DNA of 64,000 nt from NCBI RefSeq assembly GCF_963921235.1, contig NC_086108.1, positions 79,424,001-79,488,000 of the forward strand. Direction: 5' to 3'. Positions 50,484 through 62,472 of this stretch are shown piece after piece. Position 1 is the stretch's first letter; each line of letters opens with the position of its first letter. Both the position numbers and the translations under genes were made by a program. The notes under the pieces are model-generated. The model searched no databases. It worked only from the letters and a program-made list of their open reading frames with translations, and was not told where the DNA came from. The stretch is from Mobula hypostoma. Lineage: Eukaryota.

Positions 50484-50578
50484 TGACCTCAGATCAGACG
50501 TGGTGACCTGCTGAATTTAAGCATATTACAAAGCGGAGGAAAAGAAACTAATGAGGATTCCCTCAGTAACTGCGAGTG
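50484..50578 (+). rRNA. 28S rRNA 5'-end fragment (orphan pseudogene, 95 nt)
   Basis: TGACCTCAGATCAGACGTGGTGACCTGCTGAATTTAAGCATATTACAAAGCGGAGGAAAAGAAACTAATGAGGATTCCCTCAGTAACTGCGAGTG matches the conserved vertebrate 28S start, with CpG>TpG changes. Confidence 0.95.
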
Positions 50579-50616
50579 CAATGTAGCCTTTGGGGTAACT
50601 GCAAAACTGCAAAATG

Positions 50617-50707
50617 GAGAATGGATCAGCTCATGATAAAATGGCGGAGCAGACTCGATGGACCGAATGGCTGGCTTCTGCTCCTTTGTCTTATGGTCTT
50701 ATGGTCT
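50617..50707 (+). mobile_element. CR1 extreme 3' tail inside the Tigger-like element
   Basis: aatggcggagcagactcgatggaccgaatgg..tcttatggtcttatggtc. Confidence 0.85.
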
Positions 50708-50968
50708 TTGCTATCGCTTAGCTCACGCTTGAGTGCTGATAGTGGGTGCGCTTTATTTTTGCCAGTGGGGAGGGGGGGATTGTTACTTGCTGCCGCTTAC
50801 GCGCGGGAGGGAGGGAAGTGGGGGGGGGAACTTAGGGGTTCTGACATTTAACTGTCGTTCCTTTTTTGGGGCACTCCTCTGTTTTGTAGATGGTTGCGAA
50901 GAAAAAGCATTTCAGGATGTATATTGTATACATTTCTCTGACATTAAATGAACCTTTGAATCCTTTGA
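50708..50968 (+). mobile_element. 3' part of a retroposon with a Rex1-type tail
   Basis: G-rich body ending catttctctgacattaaatgaacctttgaatcctttga (short tandem tail). Confidence 0.55.
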
Positions 50969-53879
50969 TATTTTAAAGGTATGATGAAGCGGTTAGCTAT
51001 TGCTTCATGTGATCCTTCTGTAATTCGGCATTTTCACTAATCCGGCACTCCTCAGGTCCCAATGGTGCCAGATTATAGAAGGTTGACCTGTAGTTAAATA
51101 TTCTTCTCTGTAACTGTAGGGAGGATATTGGGCCATGCCAATAGTTATTAGGGCTGGTGAACATAAACCTGGTCAGAGATTTTTTGGAATGTCTGAAGCT
51201 GGCATTGATAGAACTTGAATACAAGGCAGCCAATAGTGAAATGTAGAAAATTATTGATACTCAAGGTGCTTAAATTTGGAATTTGCAGAGAACTGAGAGT
51301 TCAAGACGGGAGGCAGACCACAAAGGATTTGAAATCACTGAAGAATTTTCAAACTGAGCTCAGTAACTGAGCAGGAATCAGTATGAGGGCATTACAATCT
51401 GACAACAAAGGAAACTGAATAACTGCAGACTTCTGAGGTGTCTTTGATGTTGAATTAAATTTACTAATCTGCACTTTTTAACATCAATTCTTTTACTTTG
51501 ATTAACTGAAAAAAGACATTGTCTGTTGCTCATTTGTATAACATACCACATTCACTAAGTTTCCTTACATCTTCTGTCTTTCTCTGAAATGGAAAAAGTT
51601 AATTTATTGCAGGTTGTGTGTATCCGTGCTCTTCAGCAGCTTCTGTTGTTTTAAAATGGTGAAAAGATTCAGTTTTGTAGGCAGAGCTAAAAAACCTAAA
51701 AATTCTTCAGTGGCCATTGAGAGGTACACTTTGTGCCACTTCAAAGCAAATTATGTATGAAATTTAGACCAGGCAAATCCAGTGATGAAGTGCAAGTCAG
51801 AGAGGACCTGCAATCAGGGATTGGATCATCAAGTTAGGATTGGGTCTGTGGTTGGAATTTACTGGAGAATCAAAGGCCAGGCTTGGAAGCTGGGGTCAAG
51901 TTGGAGCATCAGAGCAACAATTTTTGAAGGATTGATGCATCACATGGATAGGGGTTGGGTGTGTGTAGATAGATCATCGTAAATGGAGCTTTGTGTGAGG
52001 GAAGCAGTCATGCTAGAGAATCAACACTCTGAGTGGTGTTGTCTTGGACATTTGGGGTTAGTGACAGAGTGTACTGTTTGTTTTGGAAGGGGTTTCCTAA
52101 GGAAGCTATGCTAATAAGAAAAGGTCTTAACTGAGCAGGGTATGAAGTTTGCTCAGGGAAGCTTTCTTTAAGTAACACCTCCAACAGTAAAGCAACACTG
52201 CTTAAAAGACATAGTTTTTCAGATAGCATTCAGTGAATTACATGGTTCAGAACTATGCAGGTTAACTTTTCCTGCCGCACAATAGAGGGAGAGAGTAGCA
52301 ATAGTGGCAATGGTGATGTTTTTGGGTGCTTCGTGAGGTAAATGTGATGCTCACGCAAAGGTGCTACTCTGACATCACCTACCAAACCCAGAATCGAGAA
52401 GGACACGGGCTTCTTGGGAACACTGCACCCTACACAATCCCCTGCATCCTCATTGTCGCTATATCTTAATTTTGGAGTTCACTGCCCAACAGAGTATTTT
52501 CAGCAAGAGGGTTATAGTGGTGAAGGACTGCAGCTAGGACCATCTTTTCACGACCAATTATTGTTAAGGAATAAATCCTTTCTTTGTCAGGGACAGTAAG
52601 AACACTGCCCTCCACCCCCCCGGAAAAAAAATTATGGCTACTCAGAGAGAAGCCAGTATTTATTTAAGTAGGCTAAATCTGTTGTCCCAGGGTTGGTTAA
52701 GAGGTCTCTTTATGTTGGTTGGTGATTGCACATTTATTGGAAAACCTTGCAACAAATGACAATGTAGGTGCAGTTTCTGCAATATGTAGCTGATGTTTTT
52801 GTCTCATTGTTGGCATTTAAGCATTTTGGCAAACCACCTTAGAAGTAAGAATTGAAACTAGTGCTGTGTAAATTTCAGATTAGCAAAATAATCAGGATGT
52901 AAAGGATTTGCAAAAGTGGGATTTGTAGTATTTACGAGGCAGGCATCGACAAATGCCATCTCCCACAGGAAACACAGTTAGGTATTCTAAACTTGAGGAA
53001 AACACTATATTTACTCCTGTGCACTCCCCATTTGGTTTGCTGCTTAATATTTTTTAGCTTTCAATTTTATCAATAAAACCACTTTGTGACTATGGTTATG
53101 CTGCATGTTAAAATATTTGATGGAAGCCTCCAAAGGGTGATGTCATCAGAGAGGTTCTGGAAATGGCAGATCAGCATTGCAGGGAAACAATTAGTTATTT
53201 GTATTTGGAGGCTGTGTTTTGTAGAGCTTAGATACATTATTAATGAAGCATTTAGCAATTACGATAAATTAATCTGCTCTTGAGAGTGTTTGCTCAGGTA
53301 AGATGCCTTATTAGCATATCTGATGGATCTGCTGTCAGGTACTGATTAAACCAGTCGCCGTCGGAGACTCTCTTGGGATAACGATGAATAAAATGTTGAT
53401 ACAATAGAGAATTTTTAATTTTGGGGGTAGTTTTGAGAAAGGACTATCTGACCTGTGAAGATTTCGGCATTAATCGACTATGTTTGTGCAGAGTTGTTAC
53501 ATATTTCTTTCTCTTTCCGTTTTCCTCTATCTTAAAAAAAAATCTTAGGAAGCCTGCTGCACACTGAATATCATTTGGATATTTTGTTTGACATGACTTG
53601 ACATTAATGCTTTAATGGTTATAGTCGAGCGATTTTTGGCAGAATCCCACGAGTTTTTTTTCAATGTTGCTGATAAAATTTTGATTCTAACGTACTTTAA
53701 GCAAAATTTCTCTTTATTGGTTTAGTGATTAAAATATAATTTTAAAAAGTACACTTAAAATTATATGTACCATTCTGCACATTTGCATTAACTATTCTAT
53801 TAGGTTGGATTGCATAAAGAAATGCAAAGACATGCTGCAGAACATTGTCAACAGATTTTAAGTGTATTTAATGATATTT

Positions 53880-54186
53880 GGGCACGTGGGCACGTGGTTA
53901 AGGCATTGGACTAGCGATCTGGAGGTCGTGAGTTCAAGCCCCAGCTGAGGCAGTGTGTTGTGTCCTTGAGCAAGGCACTTAACCATACAGCGCTCTGCGA
54001 CGACACTGGTGCCAAGCTGTATCGGCCCTTGCCCTTCCCTTGGACAACATCAGTGTCGTGGAGAGGAGAGACTTGCAGCATGGGCCACTGCCGGTCTTCC
54101 ATACAACCTTGCCCAGGCCTGCGCCCCGGAGAGTGAAGACTTTCCAGGCACAGATCCATGGTCTCGCAAGACTAATGGATGCCTTA
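53880..54186 (+). mobile_element. tRNA-derived SINE, family A, copy 2
   Basis: Homologous to 1740-2050. B box GTTCAAGCC. Perfect 14-bp TSD atttaatgatattt at 53866-53879 and 54187-54200. Confidence 0.92.
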
Positions 54187-55749
54187 ATTTAATGATATTT
54201 TGCATGTTTGTTGAAATATCTTAGTAATATTACTGGGGTAAATCTCATCAATCCCAAATATGCTTCGTTTGTGTCCCAATCTATGGAGAATTATCAAGAT
54301 TAGTACAGACTAAAGAAATAATACCTGTGCTAATGCTCAAAATGGGTACCAATCTTGATTGGGTAGTGATAGGAATGCCTATGTGTTTTGCATCAGAACG
54401 TTTTGCTGGGTAATCCTTAAGCCATGTAGGCCGTCAAAACACTAAGTGAGTTTTTTATGTAATGCAGAATGACAAACCAGTTGAAATTGGGAAAGGAAGA
54501 ATGTGCCGTTATTTATTGCCACATCTTCATGACAGTTCAAAGTCACAGAGAAAATGTGTCATCCAATTTACCTGCAGCAAAGGATAAGATGATCTGTCTG
54601 CTTTAGGTTGAAAATGGGAATGTTTTCAGAGGGGCACTGTAAATCTTTGCAGTTTCTGTTTGCGTAGTCCAGTGGATCTGAACTTTCCTGTCTCGTGTGT
54701 TGACAGACAGGCTCTTATCTAAAAGATAACCACAGCCCCGACACCTCACCACCCCATCCCCACCCCCCAAACCTCCTTCACCCTGCCAGTCTACAATCTG
54801 CAGTCAGGTTTATATCCAGATTTGTAAACACTACCAATGAAACCAAACTGACATTGATTTAGCACCATTGAGGAAGCAGCACTAATAAAAATGTTTTTTT
54901 ATATGCCTTCAGACATTCAAAATTCAGGCATTCCAAGCCAACAAGATAGATTGTTAAATTTGTTCTGATAACTGGCTTTGTAAATGCATTGTGAGTGAGG
55001 TCCTGAAAGACTCATTCTGTATAACAGCACTGTGATTGCATTTGGCTTTTGTAACCTTCATCCGGGGAGGAGATAAATCAGTGAGGATTCCCATCTGCAT
55101 TGCTGTCTATCAATCCTGTTGAAAAAGACACATATGTAGGTTGAGTAGCAGGAGTGGGTTTGACTATGATTTTGTTTCTCACTTCCTGAGTCCCTGGCTG
55201 ATGCTCACTATCTAAATTTGCACATGAAGAATTATATTCACAAAAAAATACTGGTTACTGACATGCATCAAAATAGATGCAGCAATAAAAGAAATAAAGA
55301 CAAAATATTAAAGGAGAGACGGAGCAGTGAAGAGCTATTCTAAATGAATAAACTAAAATCAACAACAAAGGAAAGGGTGGCCAATGAGTATTGCAGCTTT
55401 TACAATACTTCTCTCGAGACAAGATGGCCAGCTGGTAAAATCACTGGTTCCAGGCCATTAAATGGAGCTGTTTTCAGAGGCTGTGGGTAACTTTGGCATG
55501 ACATTAACTTTAAATAAAATGTGAAATTCTAATGGGAAAATTGGCCTTTGAAGACAGTGTGGCATTAAAAATGTCCATAGAACAGTTGTATGCTCTGAAA
55601 TTCATGAAACCAAAGGATGAAGCACTACTTCGGATCATTCGTCATGAATTATATTTGTTGCATGCAAGAGAGTTCTCTAAAAGTTGCCACCAGAAGAATG
55701 GTGGGGGTAGGGTGGGGTGGGGAATCTCGTTGAAACCTGTCAAATGTTG

Positions 55750-56088
55750 GAAGGCCTAGAGTGGACATGGAGAGGATGCTTCCCATAGTGGGGGAGTCTA
55801 GGACCAAAGGGCACAGCCTCAGAATAGAATAATGTCCCTTTTAAAACAGAAATGAGAGGAGGGAGTTCTTTAGCCAGTGGGTGTTGAATTTGTGAAATTT
55901 ATTTCCAGAGATGGATGTGGATGCCAAGTCATTGGGTATATTTAAAGCAGAGATTGATTAGTAAGGGCATCAAAGGTTATGAGGAGAAGGCTGGAGAATG
56001 GGGTTGAGAGGGATAATAGTCAGCCATGATGGAATGGCGGAGCAGACTTGAGTCGAATGTCCTAATTCTGCTTCTGTGTCGTATGGGC
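55750..56088 (+). mobile_element. CR1 LINE 3' end
   Basis: gagtctaggaccaaagggcacagcctcagaatag..aatggcggagcagacttg..ctaattctgct. Confidence 0.88.
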
Positions 56089-56712
56089 ATAATTCTTGTG
56101 TTGTGTAAGTACCAAATAATCTGACTTCATAGTATGTTAAAATAATGACAGAGGTGAGGCTTTTTGGTTCACTGAGTGTGTGGGCATTGAAAAAGACCCT
56201 ATAGCACTTAGTCATGGCTTTTCTGGTTTCATCTAGGGACTGTGTTTATTCCTCAAATTCCATTTGTGGTAGTGTGTTCCAGTCCTCTACTGCCTTCTGG
56301 GTGAAAGTGTTTTCTATTTCCTTACCTCCTTCCTAATCCAGCCACCAGTTACCACCCCCTGTTTTTTTGGTCCATTTATTTACTCTTTCTGGGACCTTTG
56401 TTGCAGTGTACACCTCAGTTGTACGGTATCTGTCGCTGGCCCTTAGTGAAGGAAACGAGCCTGTAGAGTATTAGAGTTCTAACGCACAGAAGCTGGTCCT
56501 TTGGCCCATCTAGTCCATGCCAAACATCCATCTGTACTTTAACCAATCTTTTCTCATAGTTTTCCAATCCTGGGCACATATGTATAAATCTCCACTGCAT
56601 CCCCTATTGAGCAACTGCATGTTTTCTATAATATGGTGACCAGAACGTTGTGCGGTATTGAAGCTATAGTCTAACAAGGGTTAGTCGTTTTATAGCTGTT
56701 AAAATAAATTAA

Positions 56713-57018
56713 ATAGGCATCCGTTAGTCTCATGAGACTACGGATTTGCACCTTGGAAGGTTTCCAGGGCGCAGGCCTGGGCAAGGTTGTATGGAAGACC
56801 AGCAGTTACCCATGCTGCAAGTCTCCCCTCTACACGCCACTGATGTTGTCCAAGGGAAGGGCATTAGGATCCATACAGCTTGGCACTGGTGTCATCGCAG
56901 AACAATGTGTGGTTAAGTGCCTTGCTCAAGGACACAACACGCTGCCTCAGCTGAGGCTCGAACTAGCGACTTTCAGATCACTAGACCAACGCCTTAACCA
57001 CTTGGCCATGCGCCAACA
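56713..57018 (-). mobile_element. tRNA-derived SINE, family A, copy 3
   Basis: Very similar to 1740-2050. A box TGGCCAAGTGG, B box GTTCGAGCC. Confidence 0.92.
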
Positions 57019-57576
57019 AAAATATATGGAACGCTTCATGAATTTGTGTGTCATATAGCTGTTTATATCTTTTATATGTATTATCTCACACTTGACGCAA
57101 TTAAATTCTATTTGTTACTTTTCTGCACATTTGTTCAGACCATCTTTATTCCTTTCCAGTCTCCTTTGCATCTAGCCTATTTGGACTCTCCTTGTAAGTG
57201 GAATGCTTCATCCCAGGCTGTAGATTTTGAGGAGGGGTAGGGTGTGATTTAAGAAGAATGATCACAAAATAATATTAAGCCTTTGAGGTTAAATTTGGCA
57301 TAGACTAGATGGGCCGGAGGGCTGCCTTCTGCGCTATAGAGCTGTATGACTCGACAGGCTTGTTTCCTTCACTGAGGAGTCCTCTGGGATTAATGGTAAA
57401 TCCTCCAGTGATTAGGGTCATACCTGGCAAACAGGACACTGTTCACAAATTTCATCAGGAAAGTATTTTTAGCCCACGTTTCAGTGCCCTCCTAACTGGC
57501 AGTCTGTCTGCATCATGAGAGGAGTTACAAATCTTTCGGAAATCAAAGGAGCAAGATTGGACTGGGAGGTCACATC

Positions 57577-57865
57577 ATGGCAGCGTAGTGGTTAGCTCGA
57601 CACTATTAAAGCTTGGGACGCCGGAGTTCAGAGTTCATTTCTGGTGTACTCTGTCAGAAGTTTGTGTGTCCTACCCGTGAGCGCGTGGGTTTCCTCTCAG
57701 TGCTTTGGTTTCCTCCCACATTCCAAAGGTGTATCAGTTAGTGGTGTAATTGGTCATTGTCAATTGTCCTATGATGTGGCTCGGGTTAAATGGGTGGGTA
57801 GCTGGGTGGTACAGCTCGTTTGGCCGGAAGGGCCTATTCCACACTGTATTTCTAGATAAAATAAA
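57577..57865 (+). mobile_element. V-SINE (HE1-like)
   Basis: Head gcgtagtggttagc, V domain gcgtgggtttcctctcagtgctttggtttcctcccacattccaaag, CR1-like tail gggcctattcc and an A-rich end. Confidence 0.85.
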
Positions 57866-60204
57866 AGTAGTTAATGAAAACTTTGTGCAGTAACATCCAA
57901 ATTACTCATCCTAATATTCAATGGAAGCACATCACTGAGTCATCTATGCTTCTTGAAGATTGACCAGAAAATTAACTGTACTGGTGGTTTCAATATTACT
58001 AGCAAAAGAGTAGGACAGAGCCTGTGGTCAGCGTAGTTTTGTCTACTTTCTGACTTCCTGAAGGTTTTACAGCACCTACAAAGCTCAAGTAATGTTGTAC
58101 TATATTTATGTCATACCTCACTGGAATAATACTGTCCAAGATGGATTTTTTTTTGCTCAGTCAGTATTCCTGGCACAGGGCTTGCCATTAACCCCATCCA
58201 TTTACTGGCAAATTGCAATAAATTACATATAATCAGCAGGATGCATTGTAATAACCGGCTATGTTACATTAGCATGACTTCCTCTGATACTGCAATGACT
58301 AGGAAAGACCTGAGCAACAAAGTATTGGGAGAAACAAAATAACAGTTCCTTTCTGTAATCACACATCATCTTGACCTGGACGCATAAACTGTTTCCTCAT
58401 GTCACTGGGTCATTATCCTGGAAATCCCACCTCAGTACCATGGGGTGTATACCACAATGACTGGATTGCTTCATTGGGAAAAACCAACACAGATTTCTCA
58501 TGAGAATAGTTCAGGCTGGTAGTAAATACATACTTAACAGAGTTGCCCTTGTCTCAGGAACAATAAGTTTTTGCATGGAACGCATGCAATTTGGGTATTC
58601 TGGAATATATTTGTAAAATGTCATTTCCTCTATGACATTTTACTGATAATCAGCTAGTTTGCTGATCTGTGTTGGATAAAAGGGAGCATAATGCACACTA
58701 CATTTGGCGTATTCTTGTCCTTTTTGCTTCTGTGTGCACGCTGTCGTAGCTCACTCTCGACTGTCATGGCAAGGGTGGTGAGATTATCTGGAATGTGGCT
58801 GCATTTTTGTGTGTTGACATCTGAGAGGGACTGTGCTCTGAGTTCTTTGTGTATGGCACGTGGCTCAAGTGACTAGTTTCCAGCTGACTGCACTAGGATT
58901 AAGTACCAGTGTACTGTGTGATTTATTTTCATATCTCACTCTTGTTTGTGTGCACAAGGGCTTTAAAAAATAGTGTAGCGACAAAAGAATGTCTTGAAGA
59001 CTTATTAGAGGGATCTTGCTCTCTGGTTTATTTTCCTTTTGTCAAAAATAGAATATTATACTTTTTTTCAAACTAACACATGAGGGTGTTAATCTCATTG
59101 GAGGAACTAGCATATATGGTTTCCTGAACCTAACTCTGGGACTGAGCTGAATCGGAACACTGATGAATTCACTTTATATCCTGAGGGCGCTTCAGTGATC
59201 TCGTCACTCCAACTGTGTTTTAATTTATCTTCTTCACACTCTGGGGTTCGTGGAGGACCTCCAAGCTATTTCGCTGCCCCACTCCCCATCTGCTCTCACT
59301 GTTGGTAGCATGAGTGAGACTCCTTCTCTTCCTTGTTTTTTTTGTTTTAAAGATACATCTGTGCAAGAGAGGATTATTTAGCTGACACAACCAGAAGTAT
59401 ATCTCTTACATGTGTTTTACAGAATTGTGTTAATGACTGCATTGCTTCAGGGATGGGAAATATATTAGAGAATGACAGGGAATGGCAAAACCAAGTATAA
59501 AAAGGAACATTTTAGTTCTGTTTGTTATTAAGTGAAGGGTTTGATCCAAGTTAAAAAGGTTATTAATGGAGTTCAAGATGATATTCCTTTCGCAGAGTAA
59601 ACTAAATTATAACCATTGAGTATGTCAAGGTTCTTTTGCCCTTATTTATTAATTATTTTATCCCTTCCTCTGAAATATTGTGCGCAAGACAATACAACTG
59701 CCTCTTGGTATTACACTAATGGGTCATTCAAAGTCAAGTGCTCAAAGGAAGATTGAGCTTATGAAAGATGTGCTCCCCAAGAGAAGTCTTAAGCTGGAGG
59801 TTTAAGCCTCTTTTCTGTCTGATTCTTCCTGTCAGCTTAGTTAAATGATGAGTTGGGCAGTGTGCATCTCATTAACTTCTACAAAACATAAAATTCAACA
59901 GAAATGAACTAAAGTGTGGAGCGTGGGTAGAGCGTGGGTCAGAACTAAGTTATTACTTTTTTTGGAACTCAGCAGGAAAATGTACAGACGACAAACAGGT
60001 AAAGATGTTTGAAGTCATAATGAACTTGTTGATCCAGAGCAACACTTTAAGTACTTTTGCCGACTGGATTCCAGAATTGGCATATTACTTAGCCTGATAA
60101 CATATACATAACTCAACCTTATAACATATATATTATACTTTTTCCTTGTCAAATGGCAATGAGAGAACCCACACATGGTACTTGGTTTTTCAAAATTCAA
60201 ATAA

Positions 60205-60545
60205 AGATGTGTATTTGGTTGGTGTATTTCAAAAACTAAGACATCCCAAAGTGTTTCCTAGGCAGTTAAATACTCATTAGGTACAGTGACTGTTGCATTG
60301 TAGGAAATGGTGAGCAATTTGCTTATGAGGCTCTGAAATAATGACCAGATAATTGATTTTAGTCCTCTTGATTGGAGGATAAATATTGTGCAGGTTTCCG
60401 GCTGAATTTTCTTGCTCTTCTTAAATGTTCCATGACATCTTTTACATTAATTGAGTGGGCAAATAAAGCTCCTGTGTAATTTCTCAATATTACTTTAAAG
60501 AAAGACCTTTAGTATTTTGCTTTCAAGCATGAGCCATCAGAACGA
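60205..60545 (-). mobile_element. Ancient DeuSINE (AmnSINE1/SacSINE1-like) relic
   Basis: gacatcccaaagtg..taatgaccagataat..ggataaatattg..ccatgacatcttttaca..gggca follows the Deu-domain pattern as I recall it; degenerate. Confidence 0.6.
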
Positions 60546-60994
60546 GTTAGGATTATTCATAGTGATGCAAGACCACATTGAAACTCCTTCAGATGTACTT
60601 GTAAATGAGTTGAAATACCATTGCGAACACTGTGATAAGTATTAGTAAGTAGTGGTTCAAGTGGTATGTTTGCTTGAAAAAGTAACCTTTGACATATGTG
60701 AAAAAACAAATGCTATAATAAGTTGAAGAGCTTTTCTTCATCCATGTAAGGGTGCACAGGCAAGTTTGTTTTCAACATTATTTTGAAATTTTTCCATGGC
60801 CTTCACCTCTCCTTGTCGTTAACCTTCTACACCCTCTACATTAGATGTGTTCTCCCATTTCTGGCCTTTTCTCAACCCCTTTGTCCCTTCAGCACGACAG
60901 ATTTAGGAATTTACTTCCTTTTTCTTCTTTTCCCTCTTTTGGTCACCTGTGCTACTATCTCATTTGGGTTGGTATCAAATTTTCTTTGATAATT

Positions 60995-61645
60995 AAACGA
61001 CGCCAACAAGACCAAGATATTGATAGTGGCCTTCAGGAAATGGAAGTCGGGAGAACACCAACCAGTCCTCTTTGAGGGGTTGGCAGTGGACAGGGTGAGC
61101 AGCTTCAAGTTCCCGGGTGTCAACATCTCTGAGGATGTGGTGAGGACCTAGAATCACAAAGAAGGCACACCAGCAGCACTACTTCATCAGGAGTTTGAGG
61201 AGATTGGTATATCACCAAGACGTGTAGAATTCTGTAGGGGTATGGTGGAGAGCATACTGAATGGTTGTATCACATCCTGACATGGAGGCTCCAGTGCACA
61301 GGATCACAAGAAGGTTCAGGGGGTTGTGACTCAGCTGGCTCGGTGACAGGCACAACCCTCCACACCATTCAGAACATCTACTAAAGGCAGTGTATCAAGA
61401 AGGACTCTCATCCATCTGGGGCATGCCCTTTTCTCATTACGACCATCGAGGAGGAGATGCAGGAGTCTAAAACCCACAGTGATTCAGACCATTTTAAGAT
61501 TTCTGGGTGGTCCATGAACATTAACTCATTCATTCTTTTTTTTTGCACTATTTATTTACTTTATAATTTATAGTAATTTAATGTTTTTGCCTTGTACTGC
61601 TACTGCAAAGCAACACATTTTCCATCGTGCAAGATCCCGATTCTC
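60995..61645 (+). mobile_element. Rex1/Babar 3' fragment
   Basis: caacaagaccaag, gagcagcttcaagttcccgggtgtcaacatc, gagagcatactgaatggttgtatcac, gggcatgcccttttctc. Confidence 0.85.
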
Positions 61646-61964
61646 TTAAAGAATGCTTTCCTGCAATTGCTGAGAATCCTTATTGCCTGAATAGTTATCT
61701 GGGAAACGTTCTAGATGCCTTTAAAAAAGGATCTCAAGGAGTATGTTTTTGTGGAAATGTTAGAGCTCAAAGGAAAGGGAAGCAAGGAACTGACAGCATT
61801 CTTTTTATCAACTTGATTTGATTGGTTTTGCAAGGCTTTAAATTCATAAATGGAATCTTGTTTTCATGGACAACTCCAGCATTTAGTCTTCGTCCCTTAT
61901 TGTCCTAAAGAAGCTGGCACTTGTGAATCTTTTTATTTGCAAAGATTTTATGAACTACAAAATT

Positions 61965-62472
61965 TGGTTACAATTGTACAAGTTTTGGTGAAGCCATATC
62001 TGGAGTTTTGGTCCTCTTACATGAGAAACAGTGAGATTCTCCAGGCTAAATTCTGGGAACAGAGGATTGACCAACTAAGAGAGGCTAAACCTGTTGGCTC
62101 AGTACTCTTTGAAATGTTGAAGGCAATGATATTATTGAAATGTAAAAATCATAAGGAGGCATGACAGGATAGTTGCTCATGTTTTCACTAGAGAAAGAGT
62201 CTCAGATGAGGGGACATAATTTTAAGATTAAAACAACAGGGCATAAAAATTTATTTTTATAGAGGGTCATGAATCTTTAAAATTCTCTATCCCAAAAAGC
62301 AGTGGAGACAACCTCATTAAGTGTATTTAAAGTAGAGGTGGATAACTTTTTGAAAGAAGAGGTAAATTAGTGCACTGGGGAACTAGAGTGATTCGGCCAT
62401 GGTAATATTAAATTGCAGGACAGGCTTGAGGAGTCTGGTGGTCTATTCCTGTGTCTATTTTCTTGTGCTTTT
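61965..62472 (+). mobile_element. Old CR1 3' fragment
   Basis: VLVKPYLEFWS, agagggtcatgaatctt, and a tail ending ctattttcttgtg. Confidence 0.7.

Larger units (their letters stand above)
50114..51090. mobile_element. Non-autonomous pogo/Tigger-like DNA transposon with internal foreign sequence
   Basis: TA|CAGGTCGACCTTCATTAATCTGAC ... GCCAGATTATAGAAGGTTGACCTG|TA: 24-bp TIRs matching at 20/24, a TA TSD, and subterminal TAATCCGG/TAATTCGG motifs at both ends. Confidence 0.85.

Noticed and set aside
50484..50578. Functional rRNA locus
   Set aside because: Only 95 nt of 28S are present, with no 5.8S, 18S or remaining 28S, and the fragment shows CpG decay inside a transposon.
53225..53302. Coding exon bounded by ttttgtag and cag|gtaaga
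   Set aside because: There are stop codons in the candidate frames and no recognisable peptide; at most it is a non-coding or cryptic exon.
53880..53950. tRNA gene
   Set aside because: The A/B boxes belong to a SINE head: a 300-bp body, a 14-bp TSD and three homologous copies, with no complete cloverleaf. The same applies to the heads at about 1975-2050, 36000-36068 and 56950-57018.
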